Shown here: positions 62,130 through 64,000 of the stretch, piece after piece | Layout of the letters: each line of letters starts with the position of its first letter | Position numbering within the stretch: the stretch's first letter is position 1 | Assembly: GCF_009914755.1 (NCBI RefSeq) | Contig: NC_060926.1 | DNA from: the human T2T-CHM13v2.0 reference genome, Homo sapiens | Reading direction: 5' to 3' (one strand) | DNA: 64,000 nucleotides | Position numbers and translations under genes: made by a program | Notes under the pieces: model-generated | The model's database searches: none | Told to the model about the DNA's origin: nothing | Seen by the model: the letters and a program-made list of their open reading frames with translations, nothing else

Positions 62130-64000
62130 TAATGTGGTTTGGCTGTGTCCCCACCCAAATCTCATCTTGAATTGTAGTTCCCATAATCACATGTCCTGGG
62201 AGGGAGAGGTGGAAGGTAATTGAATCATGGGGCAGTTACCCCATGCTGTTCTCAGGATAGTGAGTGAGTTCTCATGAGATCTGATGGTTTTATAAAAGGC
62301 TTTTCCCCCTTGGCTAGGCACTTCTTCCTGTTGCCTTGTGAAGGTGGCTTTCTTCCCCTTACCCTTCCACCATGATTGTAAGTTTCCTGAGGCTTCTCCA
62401 GCCATGCTGAACTGTGAGTCGATTAAACTTCTTTCCTTTATAAATTACCCAGTCTCAGATATTTCTTCCTAGTAGTGTGAGAACAGACTAATACAGTAAT
62501 CTGTTACTTCAGAGAGTGGGGTACTGCTATAAAGATACCCAAAAATGTGGATGCGACTTTGGAACTGGGTAATAGGCAGAGGTTGGAACAGTTTGAAGGG
62601 CTCAGAAGATGGCAGGAAAATGTAGGAAAGTTTGGAACTTCCTAGAGACTTGGAGAGCTCAGAAGACAGGAAGATGTGGGAAAATCTGAACTTCTAGAGA
62701 CTCGTTGAATGGCTTTAAACAAAATGCTGCTGATAGTGATATGAACAATTAAGTCCAGGCTAAAGTGGCCTCAGATGCAGATTAGAAATTTATTGGGAAC
62801 TGGAATAAAGGTGACTTTTGCTATGCTTTAGCAAAGAGACTGGTGGCATTTTCCCCCTGCCATAGAGATCTGTGGAACTTTGAACATGAGAGAGATAATT
62901 TAGGGTACCTGGAGAGAGGAATTTCTAAGCAGCAAAGTGTTCCAGAGATGACAGAGCATAAAGGCTTGGAAAACTTGCAGCCCAACAATGTGGTAGAAAA
63001 GAAAAACCCATTTTCTGGGGAGAAATTCAAGTCAGCTGCAGAAACTTGCATAAGTAACAAGGAGCCAAATGTTAATGACAGAGACCATGGGGAAAATGTC
63101 TCCAGGGCATGTCAATGTCTCCAGGGCATGTCAGAGACCTTCCCAGCAGCCCCTCCCATCATAAGTCCAGAGGCCTAGGAGAAATAAAAAATGGTTTCCT
63201 GGGCCAGGTCCAGGGCCCTACTACTGTGTGCATGCTTGGGGACTTGGTGCCCTGTATCCCAGCCACTCCAGCTGTGGCTAAAAGGGGCCAAGGTACAGCT
63301 TGGGGCATGGCTTCAGAAATGTGCTGCAGGGGCAGGGCTGTCATGGAGAACCTCTGCTAAGGCAGTGAGGAAGGGAAATGTGGAGTTGGAGCACCCACAC
63401 AGAATCCCCACTGTGGCACTACCTAGAGGAGCTGTGAAAAGAAGGCCACTGTCCTCCAGACCCCAGAATCATAGTTCCACTAACAGCTGGCACCATGTGC
63501 TTGGAAAAGCCACAGATACTCAATGCCAGCCATGAAAGCAGCCCAGAGGGGGGTTATACCCTGCCAAGCCACAGGTGCAGAGCTGTCCAAGGCCATGGAA
63601 GCCTACCTCTTGCATCAGCATGACCTGAATGTGAGACATGGAGTCAAAAGAGATTATTTTGAAACTTTAAGGTTTAGTGACTGCCATATTGGATTTTGGG
63701 CTTGCATTAGGCCTGTACCCCCTTTGATTTGGCCAATTTCTTCCATTTGGAACAGATGTATTTACCCAATGCCTATACTCCCATCATATCTAGGAAGTAA
63801 CTAACTTGCTTTTGGTTTTACAGGCTCATAGGTAGAAGGGACTTGCCTTGTCTCAGATGAGACTTTGGACTTGGTCTTTGGATTAATGCTGGAATGAGTT
63901 TGAGTTAAGATTTTGAGGGACTGTTAGAAGGGCACGATTGTGTTTTTAAATGTGAGGACATGAGATTTGGGAGGGGCCAGAGAAGAGTTATATGGTTTGG
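62130..64000 (+). mobile_element. THE1 (THE1D-like) element: 5' LTR 62130-62495, internal region, start of 3' LTR at 63988
   Basis: LTR taatgtggtttggctgtgtccccacccaaatctc...gactaataca; THE1-int with gag-like ORF remnants (DLWNFEHERDNLGYL); purine-rich tract then ttatatggtttgg at the window edge. Confidence 0.9.

Overview
Primate (very probably human: it contains an AluYa5) AT-rich, repeat-dense genomic DNA with no intact protein-coding gene that I can recognise. Main confident features: a complete but defective HERV-W/LTR17 provirus (10743-18516, 4-bp TSD CAAT, Arg-type PBS, pol-env double deletion), a solo HERV-H LTR7, a PSMC1 processed pseudogene (56877-58448), four L1 insertions (two 5'-inverted by twin priming, one full-length L1PB hosting a young L1PA2/3), an AluYa5, several MaLR LTRs (one THE1 nested in another; a near-complete THE1 at the right edge), DNA-transposon fossils and microsatellites. 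The most interesting signal lies outside the repeats: about ten minus-strand segments between ~1.2 and ~56 kb, mostly bounded by AG...GT splice signals, mostly with long stop-poor reading frames and several phase-compatible junctions. They include a 79-nt mini-intron and a diverged duplicated exon-like unit. This looks like a decayed multi-exon gene (candidate unitary pseudogene) whose protein I cannot identify; it is an inference needing comparative genomics. Repeat subfamily calls are from remembered consensus motifs and all alignments were done by eye.
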